Part shown: positions 39,626 through 48,239 of the stretch, piece after piece
Position numbering within the stretch: the stretch's first letter is position 1
How the letters are laid out: each line of letters starts with the position of its first letter
From: Bacteroidota bacterium
GTDB taxonomy: Bacteria > Bacteroidota > Bacteroidia > UKL13-3
DNA length: 58,954 nt
Assembly (NCBI GenBank): GCA_947446605.1
Contig: CANFHJ010000004.1
Coordinates: forward strand, 1 to 58,954
Reading direction: 5' to 3'
The notes under the pieces: generated by a model
Database searches by the model: none
The model's input: the letters and a program-made list of their open reading frames with translations, nothing else
Told to the model about the DNA's origin: nothing
Program-made: the position numbers and the translations under genes

Positions 39626-42001
39626 TTGAAAAACATTGTCCTTTTTGCCCTCCTTGGGCTTTCCTTATCTGCCTTCGCACAAAACAAAAAACACAGCATA
39701 AGCGGTAATATTACCGATGCAAAAAATGGAGAGGAGCTTGTTGGGGCAACCATTTCTGTTCAATCCCTAAGGGTTGGGGCAACCACAAATGCCTATGGAT
39801 TTTACTCCCTTTCTTTACCTGCAGGAACCTACGAGATTGAATTTTCTTACGTGGGTTACCAAACCCAGAAAAAACAAATCAACCTAGAAACCGACCAACG
39901 TTTCAATATTGAATTGGTAGAATCAAAGAAAGAACTAAAAGAAGTTGTCGTTAAAACAGACAAAATTAACGCAGATAATGTTACCCAAAACAAAATGAGC
40001 GTTGTAAAATTGGATGCCAAACAGGTGAAACAAATTCCAATTTTATTAGGTGAAGTAGATATTATCAAAGCAATCCAACTCCTTCCCGGTGTGCAAGCGG
40101 CAGGCGATGGTAGCACAAATTTTATCGTTCGTGGTGGTAACATAGACCACAACCTCGTATTGCTAGATGAGGCAGTAGTATACAATCCATCGCATGTTTT
40201 AGGCTTCTTCTCTACATTTAACGGAGATGCTGTGAAAGATTTTGAAATTTATAAAGGGGGAATCCCCGCCCAATACGGTGGCCGATTAGCAAGTGTATTA
40301 GACGTACACATGAAGGATGGTAATACCAAAAAACTAGGTGTTACGGGTGGTATAGGCATTCTGTCTTCTCGATTAACAATTGAAGCTCCAATTATTAAAG
40401 ACAAATCTTCCTTCCTTATCTCAGGTCGCAGAAGCTATTTCGATGTTTTCTTTCCCCTATCCTCACAGCTCAGTGATGTTACGGCCTATTTTGGCGATTT
40501 AAACATTAAATTAAATTACGTGCTTAGCCCAAAAGATAAATTATTTCTTTCTGGATATTTTGGAAAAGACGCATTGGGTTTTGGCGGGTTTGCAGGTTTC
40601 GGATGGGGAAATAATACCGGAACACTCAGGTGGAATCACGTTTTTAACAGTAAACTGTTTTTAAACACAAGCCTCATTTATAGCAGGTATAACTATAACC
40701 TCGATTTTAAATTAAGCGAGAATTTAAACTTTACCCGAACCAATTACATAGACGATTTAAACCTCAAAGTAGACGGAAGCTATTTTGCCAACGCAAACAG
40801 CATTTTTAAATTTGGAATGAAGCTGAACAACTATGTTTTTCTGCCCGGTAAAATTGATAAAATAACAGAAGGTTCGGTAATTGACCCGCAATCTTTACCC
40901 AAAAAGAAAGCCATTCAAGAAGATTTTTATGCGTCTCATAGTTACAAATTTGGAGTTCGCTTGAGCGCAGAATATGGCGCTAGAGTTTCTATATTTTCAA
41001 ATATTGGCGACGGTAGATCGCTCAATTATGTAAATGGAACACCAACCATCATTGAAAATGGCTTTGTAAAACAAAATGCTTTCGATCCAAATAATAAATA
41101 TACCTATTACAAATCTGGCGAAATTTATAATACAAATTTCGGTTTCGAACCTCGCCTAAATTTAAGCTATTTACTAAGCGAAAACAGCTCTATTAAAGCC
41201 TCCTATAACCGCATGTACCAATACATGCACCTTATTCAAAATATTACCGCATCAACCGGACAGGAGTTCTGGACACCTACGGATCAATACATTAAGCCGC
41301 AACAAGCTGATCAAGTAGCTATAGGTTATTTTAGAAATTTTATGGACAATAAAATTGAATTCTCTGTGGAAACCTATTACAAAAAGTTAAAGAACACAGT
41401 AGAGCTCAGAAATGGAGCCGATATTCAATTTAATGAGGCCATAGAAGCCCAAGTGGTGGCTGGCCAAGGACGTGCATATGGCGTTGAGTTTTTTGCAAGA
41501 AAACAAAGCGGTAAAACAACAGGGTGGATTGGTTATACCCTCTCTAAAAGTGAGCGGCAAGCAAACAATATCAACAACAACCAATGGTATTCATTCCGCT
41601 TTGATAGAACAAACTATTTCACATTTGTGATGAACCAACAGATAAACGAACGTATAAGCGTTTCTGGAAACTTTATTTATGCAACAGGTGAAGCCTTTTC
41701 TCAAGCAAGTCAGAAATACACCATTTTTGGCGAAAAAAATCCATCTATTTATTACGGGGTTAGAAACGGCGCACGCTTCCCCGCATATCACCGAGCAGAT
41801 GTTTCACTCACCATTGCACGAAAGAAAAAACCTGGTAGAACCTATAAAAATGAAAGTGATATAGTAATTGCTGTTTACAATGTTTATGGACATAAAAATG
41901 CTTACACCCTGTCCTATAACACGGTTGATAATGTGCCTATAATTTACAAGTGGTATCTGTTCACTTTTGTTCCGTCAATTACCTATAACTTCAAATTCTA
42001 A
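39626..42001 (+). CDS. TonB-dependent receptor with N-terminal carboxypeptidase-regulatory-like domain
   Basis: ISGNITDAKNGEELVGAT, plug LLPGV...VRGG, GGIPAQYGGRLASV, YHRADVS, C-terminal YNFKF. Confidence 0.93.
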   Translation: MKNIVLFALLGLSLSAFAQNKKHSISGNITDAKNGEELVGATISVQSLRVGATTNAYGFYSLSLPAGTYEIEFSYVGYQTQKKQINLETDQRFNIELVESKKELKEVVVKTDKINADNVTQNKMSVVKLDAKQVKQIPILLGEVDIIKAIQLLPGVQAAGDGSTNFIVRGGNIDHNLVLLDEAVVYNPSHVLGFFSTFNGDAVKDFEIYKGGIPAQYGGRLASVLDVHMKDGNTKKLGVTGGIGILSSRLTIEAPIIKDKSSFLISGRRSYFDVFFPLSSQLSDVTAYFGDLNIKLNYVLSPKDKLFLSGYFGKDALGFGGFAGFGWGNNTGTLRWNHVFNSKLFLNTSLIYSRYNYNLDFKLSENLNFTRTNYIDDLNLKVDGSYFANANSIFKFGMKLNNYVFLPGKIDKITEGSVIDPQSLPKKKAIQEDFYASHSYKFGVRLSAEYGARVSIFSNIGDGRSLNYVNGTPTIIENGFVKQNAFDPNNKYTYYKSGEIYNTNFGFEPRLNLSYLLSENSSIKASYNRMYQYMHLIQNITASTGQEFWTPTDQYIKPQQADQVAIGYFRNFMDNKIEFSVETYYKKLKNTVELRNGADIQFNEAIEAQVVAGQGRAYGVEFFARKQSGKTTGWIGYTLSKSERQANNINNNQWYSFRFDRTNYFTFVMNQQINERISVSGNFIYATGEAFSQASQKYTIFGEKNPSIYYGVRNGARFPAYHRADVSLTIARKKKPGRTYKNESDIVIAVYNVYGHKNAYTLSYNTVDNVPIIYKWYLFTFVPSITYNFKF

Positions 42002-42012
42002 GCAGCTAAAAA

Positions 42013-42816
42013 ATGAAAAAAATATTTTTAAATATATTCTTATTAGCTCTTGCCTTTTCTGCTTGTAAAGAAAAAGTAAGCATTGAAATGCAAGACGCCA
42101 ATCCTTTGCTAGTTGTAGAAGGAGAGCTTACAACCGAAACAGATAGTTCTTTTGTTCGCCTAAGTTTAAGTAGCAATTATTATACAGCAGCAGAGCCTAC
42201 AATGGTTAAAACAGCTCAGGTAAGTGTAAATGGAGTTCCCTTCCTTTTCGATCCAACAAAAAATCTTTATAAACCAGAATTGGGGTATGTGGGAAAAACA
42301 GATTCTACCTATAACCTTTTAATTAGTTATGACAGTAAAATATTTACTTCTACGGCAAAGCTTGAAAGAATGTTTAGGGTAGATAGTTTTTTCCAAACAT
42401 GGAAAGAGGCTGAGGGTTTTTTGCCAGCCGGATATTCTGTGAGTTACGCTGGTTACGATGATAGGCCACTTATCAAATACACCTATTTCGTCAACGGAAA
42501 AGTGGATTCAGCAACCCAACAAGACTCCTTTGCTAGACAAAGGGTTTTATGGGATAACTCCCAAACTCCTGCTAACAAACAGTATGTCTTCGAAGTGCCT
42601 TTTGCGCGCTTCAAATCCGGTGAAACTTATTTGGCAATTTTTAGGTCAGTAGACAAAAACATGTACGACTTTATTAGAGAAACCAACAGTCAAAACCCTA
42701 ATATTCCTGGTCCTTTTCAAACACCTCCAACAAATCTGCCAACAAATATAACGGGTGGCGCCTTGGGCTATTTTGCCACTTACGACGTAAAACGATGGCG
42801 ATACACAGTCAAATAA
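42013..42816 (+). CDS. DUF4249-family lipoprotein (TBDR partner)
   Basis: Lipobox FSAC, LVVEG, and C-terminal PTNITGGALGYF. Confidence 0.82.
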   Translation: MKKIFLNIFLLALAFSACKEKVSIEMQDANPLLVVEGELTTETDSSFVRLSLSSNYYTAAEPTMVKTAQVSVNGVPFLFDPTKNLYKPELGYVGKTDSTYNLLISYDSKIFTSTAKLERMFRVDSFFQTWKEAEGFLPAGYSVSYAGYDDRPLIKYTYFVNGKVDSATQQDSFARQRVLWDNSQTPANKQYVFEVPFARFKSGETYLAIFRSVDKNMYDFIRETNSQNPNIPGPFQTPPTNLPTNITGGALGYFATYDVKRWRYTVK

Positions 42817-42872
42817 TAATTTATTTAGACCATACTGCTCTTTTTCACGTTTCATTCTCATAGTTTTGTAAT

Positions 42873-43550
42873 ATGAGATTGAAAAGCCTCTTGGCTGCCT
42901 TTTTATTATTGCTTTGCCTAAACTCAAAAGCACAAATAGATAGCAGCGAAATAAACGACGAACCAAGTGATTGGATCAAACCGAATAATGACGAAAAATC
43001 AAGACTCGGAATTGTTATGGGCGTACAACTTAGTACCCTCGGTGGCAATGAAATACCAAATAATAAATTGATGTTTGGATTGTTGGGAGGGGGTTATGGA
43101 AGACTTAATTTTAAATATGGCATTTCCCTTCAACAAGCACTACAAGTATCTTTTCGAGGTGGCGATTTTAATACCAGCGCAGGAAATATTAGTGCCATTA
43201 GATTGCTTTATTTTGATGCGCCATTTTTGCTTTTTAAGCAATTGGGAAAAGCAAATAAACACAAGATAGGTGCCGGTATTCAATATTCTCATCTCTATAA
43301 TACCGCCCTTTATTACAGTAAAAAAAGTTACCCCACAGGTCAAGCACCTCGCTTAGATAAAAATGATTGGCTTCCACTGCTTGCATACCAATACCAATTT
43401 GATTATTTCGCGCTTCAATTAATTGCAAAAAAGGGCGCACGCAACCTAAACCTTGGATATGAATGGCCTGCAGATGGAAACGCAAATCCATTGGCAAATA
43501 AAGGTGGAAATTTAAATGCGCTTATCCTCGAATTAAACTTAATATTTTAA
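42873..43550 (+). CDS. Outer membrane beta-barrel (PorT/porin-like) protein
   Basis: Signal peptide; alternating beta-strands; LLYFDAP motif; C-terminal F. Confidence 0.65.
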   Translation: MRLKSLLAAFLLLLCLNSKAQIDSSEINDEPSDWIKPNNDEKSRLGIVMGVQLSTLGGNEIPNNKLMFGLLGGGYGRLNFKYGISLQQALQVSFRGGDFNTSAGNISAIRLLYFDAPFLLFKQLGKANKHKIGAGIQYSHLYNTALYYSKKSYPTGQAPRLDKNDWLPLLAYQYQFDYFALQLIAKKGARNLNLGYEWPADGNANPLANKGGNLNALILELNLIF

Positions 43551-43551
43551 C

Positions 43552-44355
43552 ATGTTCTCCCGCCAAAAACTCATCACCGAAATCAACAAGAAAAAATCTT
43601 TTTTATGTGTTGGTTTAGATACAGATCTTACAAAAATACCTAAACATCTTTTGTCGGAACCAGATCCTGTCTTTGCCTTTAACAAAGCCATTATTGATGC
43701 AACAAAAGATTACTGTGTTTCCTATAAAATAAATACGGCCTTCTTTGAGGCAGAGGGCGCTAAAGGTTGGGAAAGCATGCAACGCACCTTCAATTATTTG
43801 CCAAAAGATTGCTTCACTATTGCCGACGCCAAAAGAGGCGATATTGGAAATACCAGCAACCAATATGCAAAGGCTTTTTTTGAAACCTTAAATGCAGATA
43901 GCCTTACTCTAGCACCATACATGGGCAACGATTCTTTAGCGCCGTTTTTTGAATACCCCGGTAAATGGGGAATTGTTCTTGCCCTTACCTCTAATCCAGG
44001 CAGCGCAGATTATGAACAACAAAAAATTGGCGAAGAGTTTCTTTTCGAAAAAGTCCTCGCAAATACATGCAAAATTGGTTCAGACGAAAATTTAATGTTC
44101 GTAGTAGGCGCTACAAAACCACAAGAATTCAACATTATTCGCAAACACGCTCCCAAACACTTTCTTCTCGTACCTGGAGTTGGTGCACAAGGCGGTAGTC
44201 TGGAAGGGGTTGTTAAATACGGAAAAATTGAGGACATTGGTTTATTAATAAATGCATCTAGAAGCATTATTTACGCCTCCAATGGTGAAGATTTTGCGGA
44301 TGCTGCAGCAAAAGAAGCAAAAGCACTTCAAAACCAAATGGCAGCGTTTATTTAA
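43552..44355 (+). CDS. pyrF: Orotidine-5'-phosphate decarboxylase
   Basis: LCVGLD, DAKRGDIGNT, LTSNPG, VVGAT, LVPGVGAQGG and NASRSI. Confidence 0.97.
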   Translation: MFSRQKLITEINKKKSFLCVGLDTDLTKIPKHLLSEPDPVFAFNKAIIDATKDYCVSYKINTAFFEAEGAKGWESMQRTFNYLPKDCFTIADAKRGDIGNTSNQYAKAFFETLNADSLTLAPYMGNDSLAPFFEYPGKWGIVLALTSNPGSADYEQQKIGEEFLFEKVLANTCKIGSDENLMFVVGATKPQEFNIIRKHAPKHFLLVPGVGAQGGSLEGVVKYGKIEDIGLLINASRSIIYASNGEDFADAAAKEAKALQNQMAAFI

Positions 44356-44360
44356 TATCC

Positions 44361-45671
44361 ATGTTCTGGATTCAGCTCTTTATCCTTCTTACCTTAATTC
44401 TGGTAGGTGCCAGAATGCAAGGTATTGGCCTAGGCTTAATGGGCGCCTTTGGCACCCTAATTTTTGTTTACGGTTTTGGCTTACCCATCGGAAAAGCACC
44501 AATTGATGTAATGCTAATCATACTTTGTGTGATTACAGCGGCATCCTCTTTACAGGCTAGTGGCGGAATGGATTACCTAATAAATATTGCCGAAAAAATA
44601 ATTCGTAAAAACCCAAACCATATCACCTTTGTTGGGCCATTCGTTACATTTATTTTTACTATGTTGGCCGGCACGGCGCATATTTGCTATTCCCTTTTAC
44701 CCATTATTTCAGAGGTATCGCTTAAGAAAAATATTCGTCCAGAAAGGCCTTTAAGCATTGCAGTTATTGCTGCGCATTTTGGAATTACCGCAAGCCCAAT
44801 AAGCGCCGCAACTATTGCTATCTTGGGCGAACTCAATGCCATTCCGGGAAATACTATTAGTCTGGGTAATGTGCTTGCTATTGTTTTTCCTGCTACAGTA
44901 ATTGGGCTTTTTGCTGGAGCTCTAGTGGCTAGTCAGTTGGGAAAAGAACTAAACCAAGATCCAGAATTTATTGACAAGCTAAACGACCCGGCATTCGCTA
45001 ATTCACTCAAAGAATTGCAATCCAAATCAAGCAAGCCTTCTTCTTTTAATCAATCCGCAAAATCATCTGTTTTTGTTTTTTTATCCGGCGTTTTTTTGAT
45101 TGTAATCTTAGGAATGTTTTCTTCACTTCGCAAAACAAGCATGGCGGAGACCATTCAACTCATTATGCTTTGCGTTGCCCTTATTAACTTATTTGTTGGC
45201 AAAATTAACCCTGCACAAATCTCTCAAGCAAGTATTTTTAAAACAGGCGCACAGGCTGTTCTCTGTATCTTTGGTGTGGTATGGATGAGTGATACCTTTA
45301 TTTCGGCAAATCAATCTTTTTTAACAATCAAGCTTCAAAGTATTGTCACAGAATATCCGTGGGTGTTTTCTATTGCCACATTTCTAACAGCCAGCTTATT
45401 GTTTAGCCAAGCCGCAACCGTCAAAGCAATTATGCCCCTCGGCATTAAATTAGGTATATTACCGGCTTCATTAATAGCCATGTACCCTGCCGTAAACGCA
45501 GATTTTGTAATTCCAAGTTACCCAACGTTGGTAGCTGCAATTAATTTTGATAAAACCGGAACAACTAAGATTGGAAGATTTTTATTAAACCATAGCTTTA
45601 TGTTACCCGGTCTCGTTACCACTTTTGTGACCGTTTTAAGCGGCTTTGTTTTGTCTCGACTAATCTTGTAG
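44361..45671 (+). CDS. DcuA/DcuB-family C4-dicarboxylate/aspartate transporter
   Basis: GARMQGIGLG, PIDVMLII, RPERPLS, ASPISAA, PSYPT...DKTGTTKIG...NHSF. Confidence 0.9.
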   Translation: MFWIQLFILLTLILVGARMQGIGLGLMGAFGTLIFVYGFGLPIGKAPIDVMLIILCVITAASSLQASGGMDYLINIAEKIIRKNPNHITFVGPFVTFIFTMLAGTAHICYSLLPIISEVSLKKNIRPERPLSIAVIAAHFGITASPISAATIAILGELNAIPGNTISLGNVLAIVFPATVIGLFAGALVASQLGKELNQDPEFIDKLNDPAFANSLKELQSKSSKPSSFNQSAKSSVFVFLSGVFLIVILGMFSSLRKTSMAETIQLIMLCVALINLFVGKINPAQISQASIFKTGAQAVLCIFGVVWMSDTFISANQSFLTIKLQSIVTEYPWVFSIATFLTASLLFSQAATVKAIMPLGIKLGILPASLIAMYPAVNADFVIPSYPTLVAAINFDKTGTTKIGRFLLNHSFMLPGLVTTFVTVLSGFVLSRLIL

Positions 45672-45734
45672 CTATTTTGTTTTTGGTGCCTTAAAGGCGC
45701 TTTAATTTCTTTTTTGGCGGAATTTTTTTCTTAC

Positions 45735-45760
45735 AAAAAGGCCCCGCAAATTGCGGGGCC
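45735..45760 (-). terminator. Intrinsic terminator of the pheS-dhs transcript (possibly bidirectional)
   Basis: GC-rich stem GGCCCCGCA-aat-TGCGGGGCC followed by T5 on the minus strand; T7 at 45766-45772 on the plus strand. Confidence 0.85.
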
Positions 45761-45786
45761 CGAAATTTTTTTAAATGCCGCCTATT

Positions 45787-46761
45787 TTACCAACCTAAAA
45801 TATAGGCAAATATTAATGGCGCTACAATTGTAGCGTCACTTTCTACAATAAATTTAGGTGTATGTATATCTAGTTTACCCCAAGTAATCTTTTCGTTAGG
45901 AACCGCGCCGCTGTAAGACCCATATGAGGTAGTTGAATCACTAATTTGGCAGAAATAACTCCAAAATGGAATTTGATTCATTTCCATATCTTGGTACAAC
46001 ATTGGCACCACACAAATTGGAAAATCACCCGCTATACCTCCACCTATTTGGAAAAATCCAATTCCTTTTCCTGCAGAATTTTTAACGTACCAATCTGCTA
46101 ACCAAGCCATATACTCAATACCCGATTTCATAGTACTGGCTTTAATTTCATTCTTAATTACATAAGAAGCAAAAATATTACCCATGGTAGAATCTTCCCA
46201 ACCTGGAACCACAATAGGTAAATTGCGTTCTGCAGCGGCCAACATCCATGAATCTTTGGGGTCAATTTCATAATATTGAGCCAATTCACCGCTATTCAAA
46301 ATTTTATACATGTACTCATGCGGAAAATAACGCTCTCCTTCATTGTCTGCATCTTTCCAAATTTTATAAATATGTTTCTGTAAACGTCTAAATGCTTCCT
46401 CTTCGGGAATACAAGTATCTGTTACGCGGTTATAATGATTCTCCAATAAATCCCATTCATCCTGTGGCGATAAATCCCTATAATTGGGTACACGCTTGTA
46501 ATGAGAATGCGCAACCAAATTCATAATATCCTCTTCTAAATTAGCACCTGTACAAGAAATAATATCAATTTTACCCGCACGAATCATCTCTGCTAATGAC
46601 TTTCCTAATTCAGCTGTACTCATAGCTCCAGCAAGGGTTACCATCATTTTTCCACCTTCAGTTAAATGTGTTTCATAACCCTTTGCGGCATCAACCAATG
46701 CAGCAGCATTAAAATGCTTGTAATGTGTCTCAACAAATTGAGAAATAGGTCCTTTATTCAT
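45787..46761 (-). CDS. Deoxyhypusine synthase family protein (likely homospermidine synthesis)
   Basis: TLAGAMSTAE, TGANLEED, IGGG, YGSYSGAVPNEKITWGK and SDATIVAP. Confidence 0.9.
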   Translation of the reverse strand: MNKGPISQFVETHYKHFNAAALVDAAKGYETHLTEGGKMMVTLAGAMSTAELGKSLAEMIRAGKIDIISCTGANLEEDIMNLVAHSHYKRVPNYRDLSPQDEWDLLENHYNRVTDTCIPEEEAFRRLQKHIYKIWKDADNEGERYFPHEYMYKILNSGELAQYYEIDPKDSWMLAAAERNLPIVVPGWEDSTMGNIFASYVIKNEIKASTMKSGIEYMAWLADWYVKNSAGKGIGFFQIGGGIAGDFPICVVPMLYQDMEMNQIPFWSYFCQISDSTTSYGSYSGAVPNEKITWGKLDIHTPKFIVESDATIVAPLIFAYILGW

Positions 46762-46775
46762 TTTTTTATTAATTA

Positions 46776-47792
46776 TTATTGTCCTTCAAATTGACCAATA
46801 AAGCGAACATCATTGGTAAAATAAGTTCTTAAATCCTTCACTTCATACTTCAACATCGCAATACGTTCTATACCCATTCCAAAGGCAAAACCACTATATT
46901 TTTCTGGGTCGATCCCACTCGCTTTTAAAACATTTGGATCAATCATTCCACAACCTAAAATTTCCAACCAACTGGTATGTTTACAAACATTACAACCTTT
47001 CCCTTTACACAATAAACAACTGATATCCATTTCTGCACTCGGTTCAGTAAAAGGAAAATAACTCGGTCTAAATCTAACATTTACATCCTGCCCAAATAAT
47101 TCTTGAATAAAATAAAATAAGGTTTGTTTTAAATCTGCAAAACTTACTTTTTCATCAATATAAATTCCTTCTATTTGGTGAAAAAAACAATTGGCTCGAG
47201 CCGATATAGCCTCGTTTCTATAAACCCTTCCAGGCATAATTGCCCTAATTGGTGGTTTTTGATTTTCCATTAACCTCACCTGTACAGATGAAGTATGCGT
47301 TCTTAAAGCAATATCCTCTGAAATAAAAAATGTATCCTGCATATCTCTAGCAGGATGATTAGGCGGAAAATTTAAGGCAGAAAAATTATGCCAATCATCT
47401 TCTATTTCTGGACCTTCAGCATATACAAAACCCAATTTTTTAAATATTTCTATTACCTCATTTTCAATAAGAGATAATGGATGACGTGATCCGCTAAATG
47501 ATTGTTCTGAGGGGAGCGTTAAATCTAAATAAACCTGCGATTTTTGCTTTTTACTTTTTACATGTTCAAGCTGGGCCTCTTCCCATTTTTGTTGCGCTTT
47601 TTGTTTTACCTGGTTCAATAAAGCTCCCATTTCTTTTTTCATTTCAACGGGAACAGTTTTAAACTGCTCAAACAAATCATTTAACTCTCCCTTCTTAGCT
47701 AAAAATTTTAAACGGAATAATTCAACTTGTTCGTTGTGTTTTATTTCAAATTCTTCAATTTGATTTTTTAACTTTTCTAATTGCTCTTTCAT
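46776..47792 (-). CDS. pheS: Phenylalanine--tRNA ligase alpha subunit
   Basis: HPARDMQDTF, LRTHTS, FHQIEG, RPSYFPFTEPSAE and GFAFGMGIER. Confidence 0.98.
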   Translation of the reverse strand: MKEQLEKLKNQIEEFEIKHNEQVELFRLKFLAKKGELNDLFEQFKTVPVEMKKEMGALLNQVKQKAQQKWEEAQLEHVKSKKQKSQVYLDLTLPSEQSFSGSRHPLSLIENEVIEIFKKLGFVYAEGPEIEDDWHNFSALNFPPNHPARDMQDTFFISEDIALRTHTSSVQVRLMENQKPPIRAIMPGRVYRNEAISARANCFFHQIEGIYIDEKVSFADLKQTLFYFIQELFGQDVNVRFRPSYFPFTEPSAEMDISCLLCKGKGCNVCKHTSWLEILGCGMIDPNVLKASGIDPEKYSGFAFGMGIERIAMLKYEVKDLRTYFTNDVRFIGQFEGQ

Positions 47793-47811
47793 TCCTATTT
47801 ATTTTCGAAAC

Positions 47812-47845
47812 CAAAGGTAGTTTAATGATATCCTTTCTTCCAAAA
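47812..47845 (-). promoter_or_regulatory. pheS promoter (-33 TTTG / -7 TACCTTTG)
   Basis: CAAAGGTA at 47812-47819 and CAAAA at 47841-47845 on the plus strand, 21-nt spacer. Confidence 0.62.
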
Positions 47846-48239
47846 GTTTTAAACCAACACAATGTATTATTCTTATATATACCTTTTAAATTGTTTTATT
47901 AGTAGAGATGTGATTATGGTTGATAAAGCTTTTTAATATGTCTTGTTTTTATACTTATTAAAATTACTTAACAATATATTAACTTAATAAATTATTGATT
48001 ATTAAATATTTATAGAAAATACACACACCTGTTAATTAATGTCTTAACAGTTGTTTGGGGAGAAAATAATTTATACTTTTTTGTGTACCCAACGTTTAAA
48101 AAGTCGCAGCAACTCTAGACTAATTCACATTGCGACATTTTATAAAACTTGTGTACACGCTAATTATACTTTATAAACGCAGTTGTGAACAAATACGGGA
48201 AATTGTCGCATTTAAAATAACACCTTAAATAATTGATTA
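47820..48239. other. oriC: Candidate chromosomal replication origin (oriC)
   Basis: Largest intergenic gap in the window and very AT-rich; degenerate DnaA boxes at 47909-47917, 47918-47926, 48121-48129, 48150-48158 and 48184-48192; TAG trios at 47897-47905; mnmG and parS-like sites within 6 kb; plus strand looks C-rich to the left and more G-rich to the right (spot checks only). Confidence 0.72.

Noticed and set aside
39740-39785. 13-bp direct repeat GTTGGGGCAACCA x2
   Set aside because: Encodes VGAT twice in the TBDR N-terminal domain; only two copies, not an array
45787-46761. Deoxyhypusine synthase-like gene beside pheS as a sign of eukaryote-like hypusination
   Set aside because: Bacterial homologues are widespread and linked to homospermidine synthesis; no efp or hydroxylase gene is adjacent
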